Shown one piece after another: positions 63,385-64,000 of a stretch of 64,000 bases of DNA (positions within the stretch are counted from its first letter, which is position 1; every line of letters begins with the position of its first letter). The notes under the pieces are model-generated. The model was not told the origin of the DNA. It saw only the letters and a list, made by a program, of their open reading frames with translations, and made no database searches. The stretch comes from Camelus dromedarius (lineage: Eukaryota). The stretch is from the NCBI RefSeq assembly GCF_036321535.1, contig NC_087436.1, forward strand, positions 42,782,001-42,846,000, given 5' to 3'. Position numbers and translations under genes: made by a program.

Positions 63385-64000
63385 AGAGGAAAAAATTTTA
63401 AAACAATAATTATTTAGCAGGGAAATTTCACAGCACTTTGACCTGGTGATCCAAGCTATCACTTTTGAGGGGCAGTTGGACAATGTGTACCTCTAGATGT
63501 GACAGCCTGAGAAGGATAATGTGCTAGCTGAGAATGCATAGCCTCAGTCACATCACGAGGAAACACTTGACAAAACCAAAATGAGAAATATTCTTTTTAG
63601 GAAATAGACATGATGATATTCTTCAAAAATGTCAGGTCCTAAAAGACACAGGAAAATGATGGAAATATTCCAGATTAAAAGAGCAAAGGAGAAGTGACAA
63701 CTAAATGCCATATCTGACCCTAGACTGGAGCCTATATTAAAAGGAGAAAAATCCTACAAAGGACATTATTGTCTTCAATTGACAAAATTTGAGTAAGTGC
63801 GATAGATTAAAGTATTGTATCAATGTTAAATTTGCTAAAGTTGATAACTACTATGATTGTAAGAGAATATCACAATTCTTAGTAATATACACCGAAATGT
63901 TCAGGGTAACTTCCCTTCGAATGGTTCAAAAAAGTTATTTTAGGTATAAATATACATTTATATGTTTATATATACCTGTGTATCAATTAGATAAATATAT
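63385..64000 (+). mobile_element. L1MC4-like 3' UTR fragment
   Basis: gaggaaaca...caaaaccaaaatgag...cttcaaaaatgtca...ttccagattaaaagag...tgacaactaaatgc...ggacattattg...tattgtatcaatgttaaattt. Confidence 0.8.

Noticed and set aside
457..63483. ORF-track entries as protein-coding genes
   Set aside because: All are 153 aa or shorter, many start at non-ATG codons, composition is biased (F/L/I/K), and the only recognisable ones are decayed L1 ORF2 or Charlie transposase pieces.

Overview
AT-rich, CpG-depleted mammalian non-coding DNA. I find no supportable protein-coding exon, RNA gene, CpG island or prokaryote-type system. The ORF-track entries are chance ORFs or decayed LINE-1 ORF2 fragments. A sizeable part of the window is recognisable interspersed repeat: MIR, L2, CR1/L3, old L1M LINEs, hAT (MER33, MER58, MER115/Zaphod, Charlie) and Tigger (MER8) DNA transposons, and LTR16A and MLT1 LTRs. 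Only two young lineage-specific elements are present, a tRNA-derived SINE at 1-130 and a 5'-truncated L1 with a TSD at 56008-57259; both resemble camelid (alpaca/camel) elements. T-rich + strand skew and mostly antisense long L1s suggest the window lies in a long intron of a + strand gene, which I cannot name. The best leads are small candidate exons and regulatory patches at about 1.3, 20.0, 24.7, 28.6, 54.7 and 59.3 kb, and all are unproven. Repeat subfamily names come from remembered consensus sequences and boundaries are approximate unless TSDs or TIRs are quoted. I did not find a convincing novel biological system.
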